From: Prevotella sp.
GTDB lineage: Bacteria; Bacteroidota; Bacteroidia; Bacteroidales; Bacteroidaceae
Length of the DNA: 64,000 bases
NCBI GenBank assembly: GCA_017508965.1
Contig: JAFWQT010000102.1
Location: 3,780-67,779 of the forward strand
Direction: 5' to 3'
Shown here: positions 37,356 to 47,178 of the stretch, one piece after another
Numbering within the stretch: position 1 is the first letter of the stretch
Layout of the letters: every line of letters begins with the position of its first letter
Made by a program: the position numbers and the translations under genes
The notes under the pieces: model-generated
Database searches by the model: none
Seen by the model: only the letters and a program-made list of their open reading frames with translations
What the model was told of the DNA's origin: nothing

Positions 37356-39482
37356 ATGAAAAGATATATGATGATATGGCTATTGGCAGTCGGATGGATA
37401 CTGTCGGCTGTCGCGCAGGATGTGGACAGCAGTCTGTCGCGGCACGATTTCTTCTATGCCGGGCAGAGCAAGCAGCGCCGGATGTTCATGGTGAAGGAGG
37501 GCCAGGTGGTCTGGTCCTACCGTGACGCACTGAAGCGCGGCGAAATCAGCGATGCCGTGCTGATGAAGGACGGTCACATGCTGGTGGCCCATCAGTATGG
37601 CATAGCCGAGGTGACACCCGATAGCGAGACGCTGTGGAGCTATGCGGCTCCCGAGGGTACCGAGATTCATACCATCCAGCCCATTGGTCAGCGCCACGTG
37701 GTGTTTGTGCAGAACGGTCGTCCGGCCAAGGCGGTGGTGATGGAGATTCCCGAGTGCCGCATCGTTCGCGAGTTCGAGCTGCCCACGTCGGAGAAAGGTT
37801 CGGTACACGGACAGTTCCGCAATGCCCGCCTTTCGCAGCGGGGCACGCTGCTGGTGGCAAACATGGCACTGGGCTGCATCCACGAGTTCAACAGCGACGG
37901 CAAGGAGGTCGACCGCTGGGACGGTTTCCTGCCCTGGTCGGTTCAGGAGTTGCCTAAGGGTAACCTCTTGATAACGGGCCGCAAGGGAAAGATTCAGGAA
38001 ATCAACCGTCAGGGACAGACCGTTTGGGAACTGAACACCACAGACTATGGCGTGACGCAGCCCCAGAAGACCGTCAGGCTGAAAGACGGCGGGCATCTGA
38101 TCAACAACTGGTACAACGAGTGGAACAAGACGCCCATGGACACGGCCAATGCTCCCGTGCAGGCCATCGAGGTTGACAAGGACGGACATTTGGTGTGGCA
38201 GCTGAAGGCATGGAAGAATCCCGACCTGGGACCGTCGACCACCATCCAGCTGCTCGGCGACCCCGTCGACCGCAACCGCCTGTTCTTCGGCGAGTTCAAC
38301 GGACGGCAGCCCCGGCTCTTCGTCGCTCCTAACCAGCCGATGGGCGAGGGGCGCGGCATTCATCCGGGACGTGTGGCATGGGTTCACTCGCCGGGAGTAG
38401 CCAGCTGGGACGGCAAGACAGGACTCTGGGTGGAAGACCGCTGGAACAATCAGGCCAAAGCCGACCGCATGGTCGTAGAGGCCGTGATGCAGCTGACCGG
38501 CGAGCCGACGGCCAAGAAGGCATGGCGCGCGCTGTTCAGGAACTTCAACAAGACCCATGGCCGTGGCAACCGCGGCTACAAGAAGGGCGAGACGATTGCC
38601 GTGAAGCTGAACATGAACAATGCCATCACCCACCGCGACACCATCGAACTGAACTCGTCGCCCTTCGTCACGCTGGCACTGTTGCGCTCGATGGTGCGCG
38701 ACGGCGGCGTGCGCCAACAGGACATCATCGTCTGCGAGCCCAGCCGTGCCATCACCGACAGCATTTATAATAAGGTGCACCGCGAGTTCCCCTTCATCCG
38801 TATGATCGACAACCTCGGCGGCGACGGCCGCGAGAAATGCGAGTATTACCCCGAGCAGATAGTATATTCCGTCGACAACGGCAAGATGGCACGCGGCCTG
38901 GCCAAGTGCATCGTCGATGCCGACTACCTCATCAACTCCGCCTTGCTGAAGACTCACAGCGGTCCCGGCGTGACGCTGACCACCAAGAACTGGTACGGCG
39001 CCACCGACATCAACCTGCTCTGGCGGCAGAACGCCCACAACAATGTGAGCCAGGACAAGCGCAACGGCAAACCCCAGTACAAGACCTTCGTAGATTGGAT
39101 GACGCACAAGGACATGGGCCAGAAGGCGCTGCTCTTCATCATCGACGGCACCTACGGCTCGCGCGACGTGAACGGCGCCCCGAATCCCAAGTGGATGAAG
39201 CAGCCCTTCTGCGGCGACTGGGCCTGCTCGCTCATCGTCTCGCAGGACGAGGTGGCCTGCGATGCCGTCGGCATGGACATCATCATCGGCGAGTGGCCCG
39301 AGTTCCAGAGCCTGAACTACTGCGACGAATACCTACGCGAAGCCGCCTCGCTGCCCAACGCTCCGAGCGGCACCATCTACAAGCAGCAGGGCAAGCCCGT
39401 GGGTAAGCCGGTGGGCCTGTTCGAGCACTGGAACAAAGACCATCAGTACACCAAGATAGACCTCAGATACAAGAAACTATGA
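37356..39482 (+). CDS. Secreted beta-propeller + DUF362 fusion protein
   Basis: Signal peptide; propeller-like N-terminal half (vvW-type blades); GIHPGRVAWVH and LKTHSGPGVTLTTKNWYG DUF362 motifs. Confidence 0.75.
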   Translation: MKRYMMIWLLAVGWILSAVAQDVDSSLSRHDFFYAGQSKQRRMFMVKEGQVVWSYRDALKRGEISDAVLMKDGHMLVAHQYGIAEVTPDSETLWSYAAPEGTEIHTIQPIGQRHVVFVQNGRPAKAVVMEIPECRIVREFELPTSEKGSVHGQFRNARLSQRGTLLVANMALGCIHEFNSDGKEVDRWDGFLPWSVQELPKGNLLITGRKGKIQEINRQGQTVWELNTTDYGVTQPQKTVRLKDGGHLINNWYNEWNKTPMDTANAPVQAIEVDKDGHLVWQLKAWKNPDLGPSTTIQLLGDPVDRNRLFFGEFNGRQPRLFVAPNQPMGEGRGIHPGRVAWVHSPGVASWDGKTGLWVEDRWNNQAKADRMVVEAVMQLTGEPTAKKAWRALFRNFNKTHGRGNRGYKKGETIAVKLNMNNAITHRDTIELNSSPFVTLALLRSMVRDGGVRQQDIIVCEPSRAITDSIYNKVHREFPFIRMIDNLGGDGREKCEYYPEQIVYSVDNGKMARGLAKCIVDADYLINSALLKTHSGPGVTLTTKNWYGATDINLLWRQNAHNNVSQDKRNGKPQYKTFVDWMTHKDMGQKALLFIIDGTYGSRDVNGAPNPKWMKQPFCGDWACSLIVSQDEVACDAVGMDIIIGEWPEFQSLNYCDEYLREAASLPNAPSGTIYKQQGKPVGKPVGLFEHWNKDHQYTKIDLRYKKL

Positions 39483-42244
39483 AGCGACTCCTGATTAGTT
39501 TATCACTTATCATTTATCACTTATCACTTGCCTTCGCTATAGATGCCTTCCTGGGCATTCTGCCCGTCACCGACCCGCAGATGAAGATGAGCCTGAACGG
39601 CACGTGGCAGCTGAAGGTGGTTGAGGGAATCACCGACGACCAGTCGGTGCCTGCCGCTGACGCGACCTGGGGGCGCATTCCCGTGCCCGGCTGTTGGGAG
39701 GCCTACGGATTCTGCAAGCCCAGCTACGACAAGGCACTGCCGCTGACGGGCTACTACCGCACCTCGTTCACCCTGCCCGCCGCCTGGAAGGGGCAGCGCA
39801 TCGTGGTCCGCTTCGACGGAGTGCTCTACGGCTACGACCTCTGGATTAACGGGAAGCCGGCCGGCTCGTGGCGCTCTGCCTACAACACGGCCCTGTTCGA
39901 CATCACACCTTATATAAATAATAAGCGTGAGCGGCAGGAACTGGCCATGCGTGTCATCTCACAGTTCCGCGGCAGCGACTTCGACTACAACGACGACTGG
40001 GCACCCTGCGGCATCTTCCGCGACGTCACGCTGATGGCCGTGCCCGCTACCCATCTCGCTGACCTGACCATCCGCACAAAAAAAAATGGCGAAGTGATGG
40101 TTGAAACCCAAATCGAGCATGCAGATAAGCGAACTACGGTGATGTACGAAATACTTGATGCCTGTGGGGAGAAGGTTGCCTGGGGGAATAGTCCCCGCTT
40201 GTGGGTATGCGAACCGCATCTGTGGACGGCCGAAACGCCTTATCTCTACACCCTGCGCACCATGCTGCTCCAGAAAGGGAAACCGCTGCAGACCTTCGAG
40301 CACCGGTTCGGATTCCGCGAGCTGACCATCGACGGGAATATCCTGAAACTCAACGGACGGCCCGTCAAACTTCGTGGCGTCACCTCGCACAGCACCGACC
40401 CTGCGACGGTGAAGGTCATCAGCGAGGCCAGCATCCTGCGCGACATGCGGCTGATGAAGGAAGCCTCCATCAATTATATTCGCACGTCGCACTATCCGCG
40501 CGAGCCGCGCTTCTACGAACTGGCCGACTCGCTGGGCTTCTACGTCATCGACGAGGTGCCGTTCGGCTTCGGCGACAAGAACTTGTCCGACTCCACCTTC
40601 TACCCCGTGCTCCAGCAGCGGGCACAGGCCACCATCCGTCGCGACAAGAACCATCCCTCGGTATTGATTTGGAGCCTGGGCAACGAGAACCCGCTGACCG
40701 ATATCTGCATCCGCCTGGGCGACTACGTGAAGCGCGAGCTCGACCCCTCGCGCCCCATCTGCTATCCGCAGGTGGGCTCTTATTTCCGCCGTTTTAACTA
40801 CGACTTCCCGAAGGTGGCCGACATCTACGCGCCCCACTATCCATCGACGGCGCAGATTGGCGACTTCTACCAGCGGGCCGACCGTCCGGTCATCTTCACC
40901 GAATACTGCCACACGTTGGGCACCTCGTTCGAGGACCACGACCGCCAGTGGGAAATCATCGAGCGCACGCCCGTCATTGCCGGCGGCAGCGTTTGGGAAT
41001 GGGTCGACCAGGGCATGCCGTTTGGGAGTGATAAGCGAGGAGTGATAAGTGATAAGGGAGGAGTGATAAGTGATAAACTTTATGGGTACGAGGAGCGGGT
41101 GTTCACTTCGCCCGACGGCGGCTTCGAGATGTTCGGCAACAAGGGCACCGACGGACTGCTCTATGCCGACCGCACGCCGCTGCCCAACTACTACGAACTG
41201 CAGCACAACTACGCCCGCGCCTTCGTCAGTTCCGTAAGCTGCGACCCCGTCGCAGCCCATCTGACCCTCACCAACCGCTACGACTTCCTGAACCTGAAGG
41301 ACAACGTCACCTTCCGCTGGACGCTGACCAACAATCGCGACACCGTGATGCAGGGGGCATTCAGTCCCGACTGTCAGCCGCGCAGCACCTCTGCCTATAC
41401 GCTCTCGCTGCCGCGTCAGGGTGGTCTCAGTCTGCTGCAGTTCGACGTCAGCGATGCCCAGGGCCATGTGTTCCTCCACCAGAGTTTTGTGCTCAACAAG
41501 CCCGCGATAGCCTGGAGCGCCGGGGGCGACCCCCTTCAGCAGGTGCAGGAAGGCCCGCTCGTGCGCGTCGGCCGCAAGCCCACTATGGCCGAAATGCTGA
41601 AGGTGAAGGATCAGCGCATAGCGAAATACCTGCAGCCGATGGACAATCCATACGTGAAGGCCAGCGTGCAGACCACGCCGGAGGATGGTGCCCTCAAGGT
41701 GACCTACACGCTGACGCCCGACACCACCGACACCTTCCTCTCAGAGCTGGGCGTGGCCTATCTGCTCAACCCCCGCTTCGACCGGGTGCAGTGGATAGGG
41801 CAGGGGCCCTTCGCCTCCTATCCCGGCCGCCGGCAGGCCAACCGCTACGGCTTCTGGGCCAAGCAGATGGACGACCTCTACTTCGAGGGCAACCGCATGG
41901 GTGTCGATGCCGCGCTCTTCACCGACGCCGAGGGCAACGGACTGCTGGTGGTGGGCGACAGCCTGAACCTGAATTTCGAACAGACCGACCGCGGCATCGT
42001 CATGACGGTCAATGCCGCCGTCTCCGGACAAGGTCCCAAGTTTGCGCGCACGGCTTTCCCCGTTGTCTCCAAACGGGTGGGTACGCTCAGCGGCGAGTTC
42101 CGTCTTTATAGCATCAGGGCCGGTCAGGTTCCCGAGGTCGTCGGCAAGATGTTTGCCCGTCCTGCCGACGTTCCCCCAGCCTTCCGTCCCTTCCGCACAC
42201 AGTACGACACCTATTTGTTAAAATATAGCGACATACGCCCATGA
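39479..42244 (+). CDS. Glycoside hydrolase family 2 (beta-galactosidase-like)
   Basis: SLNGTW, IRTSHYP, DKNHPSVLIWSLGNE, TEYCH and GGSVWEWVDQ motifs. Confidence 0.92.
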   Translation: MKRLLISLSLIIYHLSLAFAIDAFLGILPVTDPQMKMSLNGTWQLKVVEGITDDQSVPAADATWGRIPVPGCWEAYGFCKPSYDKALPLTGYYRTSFTLPAAWKGQRIVVRFDGVLYGYDLWINGKPAGSWRSAYNTALFDITPYINNKRERQELAMRVISQFRGSDFDYNDDWAPCGIFRDVTLMAVPATHLADLTIRTKKNGEVMVETQIEHADKRTTVMYEILDACGEKVAWGNSPRLWVCEPHLWTAETPYLYTLRTMLLQKGKPLQTFEHRFGFRELTIDGNILKLNGRPVKLRGVTSHSTDPATVKVISEASILRDMRLMKEASINYIRTSHYPREPRFYELADSLGFYVIDEVPFGFGDKNLSDSTFYPVLQQRAQATIRRDKNHPSVLIWSLGNENPLTDICIRLGDYVKRELDPSRPICYPQVGSYFRRFNYDFPKVADIYAPHYPSTAQIGDFYQRADRPVIFTEYCHTLGTSFEDHDRQWEIIERTPVIAGGSVWEWVDQGMPFGSDKRGVISDKGGVISDKLYGYEERVFTSPDGGFEMFGNKGTDGLLYADRTPLPNYYELQHNYARAFVSSVSCDPVAAHLTLTNRYDFLNLKDNVTFRWTLTNNRDTVMQGAFSPDCQPRSTSAYTLSLPRQGGLSLLQFDVSDAQGHVFLHQSFVLNKPAIAWSAGGDPLQQVQEGPLVRVGRKPTMAEMLKVKDQRIAKYLQPMDNPYVKASVQTTPEDGALKVTYTLTPDTTDTFLSELGVAYLLNPRFDRVQWIGQGPFASYPGRRQANRYGFWAKQMDDLYFEGNRMGVDAALFTDAEGNGLLVVGDSLNLNFEQTDRGIVMTVNAAVSGQGPKFARTAFPVVSKRVGTLSGEFRLYSIRAGQVPEVVGKMFARPADVPPAFRPFRTQYDTYLLKYSDIRP

Positions 42245-44511
42245 CCCGATTCCTGCTGCTGCTCATCGTTTATCACTTATCACTCATCACTTCCCATGCC
42301 GAAGTGGTGTGGTTCGACGGCCATTCGCCCATCACTTATCAGCTTCCTCGCCAGGTGGAGCCAGTGGTGGTGACGGCCCTCGAAATGTGGAAAGACGACA
42401 TGCGGCAGGTGACTGGCTTCGAGCCCGTGGCAGCGCGCCGGGCAAAGGTAAGGCTCGTCCGCGGCAGCCAGCCTGCCGACGGCTTCTGCATCTACACCTC
42501 CGGCTCGCAGATTATCGTCGAGGGCGGCAATGGGCGCGGCATGGCCTACGGTCTGCTGGAACTTTCGCGGCTGGCAGGCGTCTCGCCCTGGATATGGTGG
42601 GGCGACGTGGTGCCCGAGCGCAAGTCGCGCCTCGTCATGGCCAGTGATTTCGTCAGCCGGCAGCAGCCCAGCGTAGCCTTCCGCGGCATCTTCCTCAACG
42701 ACGAAGACTGGAGCCTGCGCCCCTGGAGTCAGACCACCCACGACCCGTCGCCCACGGGCCAGATAGGCGTCGCCACCTACAAGCGCATCTTCCAGCTGCT
42801 GCTCCGTCTGCGTGCCAATGCCCTGTGGCCCGGCATGCATGGCGGCACCAAGGCATTCTTCCTGATGCCCGGCGCCAAGGCCATGGCCGACTCGTGCGGC
42901 ATTGTCATCGGCACCAGCCATTGCGAGCCGCTGCTGCGCAACAACGTGGGCGAGTGGGACGCCAGCGAGCGCGGCCCCTTCAACTACCGCACCAACCGCC
43001 ATCAGGTGCAGCGCTACTGGGCTGAGCGGCTCCGGGAGGTCAGCCAGTCGCCCGACAATATGTTCACCATCGGCATGCGCGGCATCCACGACAGTTCCAT
43101 GGAGGGCTACCACACCGAGCAGGAGAAATTCGACGCGCTACAGCAGGTCATCGACGACCAGCAGCAGCTGTTGCGCCGCTACATTGGCGACCCTTCGCGC
43201 CTGATGCAGGTGTTCGTGCCCTACAAGGAGGTGCTGCAGCTCTACGAAAAGGGACTGCGGGTGCCCGACTACGTCACGCTGATGTGGTGCGACGACAACT
43301 ATGGCTACATCACCCGCCTCTCCGATGCCCGCGAACAGCAGCGGCAGGGCGGCGCCGGCGTGTATTACCACCTTTCCTACTGGGGGCGGCCTCACGACTA
43401 TCTGTGGCTGACCACCACCCAGCCGGGACTCATCTACAGCGAGATGCGGCAGGCCTACGACCACAACGCGCGCCGCCTGTGGATAGCTAACGTGCACGAC
43501 CCTAAGGTGGCGGGCTACCAGCTCGAGCTGTTCCTCGACATGGCATGGAACATCGACTGCGTCAACCATCAGTCGCTCGGCGACCACTATCAGCGATGGC
43601 TCTGCCGCCAGTTCGGCGACGAGGCAGGCCGCCGCCTGTTCCCCGTCATGCACGAGTTCTATCGCCTCTGCGGCATCCGCCGACCAGAATTCATGGGGTG
43701 GACACAAGTGGAGTTGGATAAGAAGGTCTATCCCCGCGGCCTGTCGCCAGTATCGGATATACCCCTGACGCCCCAGGAGGCGGCTACCCGTATCGCCGAT
43801 TTTGAGCGTATCAAGACAACAGTCTTAGAAAGTCGTTCACTTATTCGTCAAGAGTTACAAGATGCCTTCTTTGCAGCCATCGAATATCCGGTTTTTGCTG
43901 CAGCTGCCATGAATCGCAAGATTCTCTGTGATTCTGCAGAGAGTCATCAGGCCTACGAGGAGATACAATTGCTGACCAGGCAATACAACGAATTGTGCGG
44001 TGGCAAGTGGCGGGGGCTGATGGATGCGGCTCCACGCAGATTGCCAGTGTATGAAGATGTACACGGCCATCTGACTGGAAGACCTGCTGTCATGGTCAGT
44101 ACCATTAATGCCTGCGACTATGCCGAAGTCTCCCAAGGCGCACGCACCATCCAGATGTTAGGCCACTCCATGAACGCCGTGGCACTTCAAAAAAACGGTG
44201 TGCTGACCTGCCCCTTTACCGTGGAGCGCGAGTCCGACTATGTCATCACCGTGGCGCTCATACCCACGCATCCCCTCGATGGCGGCGACCTGCGCTTCAG
44301 TGTAGCCGTGGATGATTCCCAGCCCGCCGTCTTCAGTCTGAAGGAACCCTTCCGTTCCGAGCAGTGGAAGCTCAATGTGCTGAGCGGACAGGCCCGCCGT
44401 TCCCTCACCCTCCGCATCCCCGCAGGCCCCCACCATCTCACCGTCCGCGCCCTCGACGACCATATCGTTGTGGACCAAATCTTTATTGAGTTCATAGTTC
44501 ATAGTTCATAG
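42241..44511 (+). CDS. Glycoside hydrolase family 115 (alpha-glucuronidase-like)
   Basis: GVSPWIWW, RGIFLNDED, GTSHCEP, GMRGIHD, WCDDNYGY and GVYYHLSYWG motifs. Confidence 0.93.
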   Translation: MTRFLLLLIVYHLSLITSHAEVVWFDGHSPITYQLPRQVEPVVVTALEMWKDDMRQVTGFEPVAARRAKVRLVRGSQPADGFCIYTSGSQIIVEGGNGRGMAYGLLELSRLAGVSPWIWWGDVVPERKSRLVMASDFVSRQQPSVAFRGIFLNDEDWSLRPWSQTTHDPSPTGQIGVATYKRIFQLLLRLRANALWPGMHGGTKAFFLMPGAKAMADSCGIVIGTSHCEPLLRNNVGEWDASERGPFNYRTNRHQVQRYWAERLREVSQSPDNMFTIGMRGIHDSSMEGYHTEQEKFDALQQVIDDQQQLLRRYIGDPSRLMQVFVPYKEVLQLYEKGLRVPDYVTLMWCDDNYGYITRLSDAREQQRQGGAGVYYHLSYWGRPHDYLWLTTTQPGLIYSEMRQAYDHNARRLWIANVHDPKVAGYQLELFLDMAWNIDCVNHQSLGDHYQRWLCRQFGDEAGRRLFPVMHEFYRLCGIRRPEFMGWTQVELDKKVYPRGLSPVSDIPLTPQEAATRIADFERIKTTVLESRSLIRQELQDAFFAAIEYPVFAAAAMNRKILCDSAESHQAYEEIQLLTRQYNELCGGKWRGLMDAAPRRLPVYEDVHGHLTGRPAVMVSTINACDYAEVSQGARTIQMLGHSMNAVALQKNGVLTCPFTVERESDYVITVALIPTHPLDGGDLRFSVAVDDSQPAVFSLKEPFRSEQWKLNVLSGQARRSLTLRIPAGPHHLTVRALDDHIVVDQIFIEFIVHSS

Positions 44512-44775
44512 TTAAGAGTTCAGTCGAATTTATAATTCGACTGCCGCGAGTATAAGCATTTGCAATGCGAAAAAATCGTGTTTCGGATTACAAATCCTGA
44601 TACTCTATGCGGCCGCATTGCAACTCATAGTTCATAGTTCATAGTTTAGAGTTGAGAGTTCAGTCGAATTTGCAATTCGACTGCCGCGAGTATAAGCATT
44701 TGCAATGCGAAAAAATCGTGTTTCGGATTAAAATCCTGATACTCTATGCGGTCGCATTACAAATGCGCCCGAACT
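44488..44775. repeat. Two tandem ~140-bp units of multi-palindrome REP-like repeat, each preceded by gttcata heptamers
   Basis: 44516-44622 is nearly identical to 44656-44762. Palindromes include cagtcgaattt(g/a)(c/t)aattcgactg, gcatttgcaatgc and ggattacaaatcc. Confidence 0.85.
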
Positions 44776-44856
44776 GAGATTTTTCTTAAACTTTCCCAAA
44801 ATATCGTAGGGAATGAACGATTATTCGCGGAAACCAACTATATTTGTAAAAAATAA

Positions 44857-44985
44857 CCCCCTCCAACCTCCCCGTGGGGAGGCTAATGAACTCCCTCCCA
44901 TCGTAGGGGAGTAACAACCTCTGGAGCTATCTACTCCCCGCCCTTTAGGGAGGGGCCGGGGGAGGGTCCGCTGGGGGAGGGTTCT
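44857..44985. repeat. REP/BIME-like cluster
   Basis: An internally deleted reverse-complement copy of 61401-61602, including its non-palindromic linkers. Confidence 0.8.
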
Positions 44986-45012
44986 CTATTTTTCATTTTT
45001 AATTTTTCTTTT

Positions 45013-46197
45013 ATGCTCACAAACACTCACCTTTTCAGCCTGCTGGCTGTAGTATTCATGCTGATCACCGCCCCGCAACGCGCGCAGGCCACGGTCAGCC
45101 AGTCCGAGAAAAGTATCTACGACATCCAGGTGCCCGGTGCCGACGGACAGCCCGTGTCGCTCGCCGACTACAAGGGTAAGGTGCTGCTCATCGTCAACAC
45201 CGCCACCCGCTGCGGCTTCACGCCCCAGTACAAAGAGCTGGAAGCCCTCTACGAGAAGTTCGCCCCCGAGGGACTCGAAATCCTCGACTTCCCCTGCAAC
45301 CAGTTCGGACAGCAGGCACCCGGCAGCATCCTCGAAATCCGCCAGTTCTGCACGGCCAACTACGGCATCAAGTTCCCGCAGTTCGACAAAATCGAGGTGA
45401 ACGGAGCCAGCGAGCATCCGCTCTACACCTACCTGAAGTCGCAGAAAACCTTTGGCGGCTTCGACCTCAACGACCAGCGCGGCAAGATGATGGACGGCAT
45501 GCTGCGCAAGCGAGATGCCGACTACGACAAGAACGCCGACATCAAGTGGAACTTCACCAAGTTCCTCGTCTCGGCCGACGGTAAGGTGCTCCGCCGCTAC
45601 GAGCCCACCGAGCCCCTCAGCGCCATCGAGGCCGACCTGCAGCTGCAGCTCAACCCCGTGCTGAGCACCATCATGGCCCGCCGCTCCATACGCCGCTACC
45701 TCGACCGTCCCGTAGAGCACGAGAAACTGCAGACCATCGTCCGCTGCGGCATCAACGCCCCCAGCGGCATGAACCGCCAGCCATGGATTGTGCGAGTGGT
45801 GGAAGACCAGCAGCTCATTGCCCAGGTCACCGAAGTGTACCGGCAGGAGAATGCCGAGCAGGTGAAGCGCGACCCCACGTTCCGCAACATGTTCCGCAAC
45901 GCCCCCAACATCATCTGCGTATGCACGCCCCGTGAGGGCGGCGGCGAGCTCGATGCCGGACTGCTGGGCGAGAACATGATGCTGGCAGCCCAGGCCATGG
46001 GTCTCGGCACCTGCTGCCTCGGCGGTCCCGTGCGCTGGCTGAATTCCAATGCCAAGGCCAAGTTCTTCCTCGACCGTCTCGACATCCCCGCCGACTACCG
46101 CCTGAACTACATCCTCGCCATCGGCTATCCCGACGAGTGCCCCGACGCCAAGCCCCGCGACGAAGCGAAGGTGAAGTTTATCACTCCCACCCTCTGA
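45013..46197 (+). CDS. Glutathione peroxidase-nitroreductase fusion with signal peptide
   Basis: GPx motifs NTATRCGFTPQY, FPCNQFGQQ and IKWNFTKFL. Nitroreductase motifs RRSIRRY, APSGMNRQPW and ENMMLAAQAMGLGTC. Confidence 0.88.
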   Translation: MLTNTHLFSLLAVVFMLITAPQRAQATVSQSEKSIYDIQVPGADGQPVSLADYKGKVLLIVNTATRCGFTPQYKELEALYEKFAPEGLEILDFPCNQFGQQAPGSILEIRQFCTANYGIKFPQFDKIEVNGASEHPLYTYLKSQKTFGGFDLNDQRGKMMDGMLRKRDADYDKNADIKWNFTKFLVSADGKVLRRYEPTEPLSAIEADLQLQLNPVLSTIMARRSIRRYLDRPVEHEKLQTIVRCGINAPSGMNRQPWIVRVVEDQQLIAQVTEVYRQENAEQVKRDPTFRNMFRNAPNIICVCTPREGGGELDAGLLGENMMLAAQAMGLGTCCLGGPVRWLNSNAKAKFFLDRLDIPADYRLNYILAIGYPDECPDAKPRDEAKVKFITPTL

Positions 46198-46244
46198 CCG
46201 ATTCGCAAGCCTCGCCTTACAAAAGATGTTTTTCTCTGCATGGC

Positions 46245-46810
46245 GTTTTCAACGTCATCAGTATCATCTTTTGAAAGTCGTTGAGCATCATACACTTACA
46301 AGTGAAACTGCAGTATCACTGCAGTTTCACTTTTTCTTACCCCTTTATAGGAAAAGGTCTAAACTCCTTTATCAACTTCCCATGATTTCTCTCTTATAAT
46401 AAGCGATTTCGGTTTCACCGGTTTAACTTGATGTACTCCGCTGGCATCTTATCATTTACGGGTGAAACCGCGGTTTCACTCCGATTTCACCCTTATGTTC
46501 TATTGCTCCCCTCCCAAAGGGATAGGTTTTGGTGTGCATTTAATAGGCTTTTGAAGAGTGATTAGGCCCTAATCACTCTGTAAATAAGGCACTTTTGCTA
46601 TTGAAATGAAGTTCGAATGGCAGTGAAACCGAGTGTAACCGCGGTTTCACCAATAGTGTTTTGACTTACAGATATTTCGGCGAAGTGAAACCGGTGAAAC
46701 CGAAATCTATCGTTTCTAAGTGACAAAGAATGAAACTGAAGTGAAAGTGCAGTTTCACTCACATCTCATTTGTATTGAGTTGCTTACGCCGAAGTGAAAC
46801 TGTGAAACTG
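46245..46810. repeat. Symmetric array of about 20 GTGAAAC/GTTTCAC motifs in four units
   Basis: Units at 46261-46331 and 46405-46491 are inverted relative to those at 46622-46706 and 46730-46810. A central hairpin lies at 46555-46579. Confidence 0.85.
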
Positions 46811-46857
46811 ACTTTTTGCTCTTTTATGAGTAAAATAAAGGTTCAGCCACTGGTTTT

Positions 46858-47178
46858 TCAGATCAGCGGCTCAAATACGGCAAGCGCCTTCTCGTGTTTA
46901 GCCACCTGTTTGGAATGACCTCCGGCCCTGCCGCGCTTTAGGTTGTGCTGCAGGTCGTTGTATTTCACATGCAGGGCAATGTCGTTGCCCGATGTTGCGA
47001 TGCGGTTCACATACTCCTCGTAGGTCATGTCGTCTGTGTGGGTCAACAGTCGCAGCGCATCCACAATCGTTTCGTCCACTCCAAGCCGCAGCAGTTCATC
47101 GAACGTCATGCCCGTATCCTCCACTACGTCGTGCAGCAGTCCCGCCACCTGTTCCTCGCGGATTCTCCCCGCCGCAGC
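46858..47178 (-). pseudogene. HD-domain phosphohydrolase (RelA/SpoT-HD-like), N-terminally truncated
   Basis: AGLLHDVVEDT, LLTH...YEEY and VKYNDLQHN motifs. The N-terminus is replaced by antisense mobA sequence. Confidence 0.75.

Noticed and set aside
45200-45225. Selenocysteine in the glutathione peroxidase
   Set aside because: The active-site codon is TGC (Cys).
46245-46810. Possible CRISPR or guide-RNA array (34-35 bp spacers)
   Set aside because: There are only four units in opposing orientations with degenerate flanks and no effector gene. Kept as a binding-site array instead.
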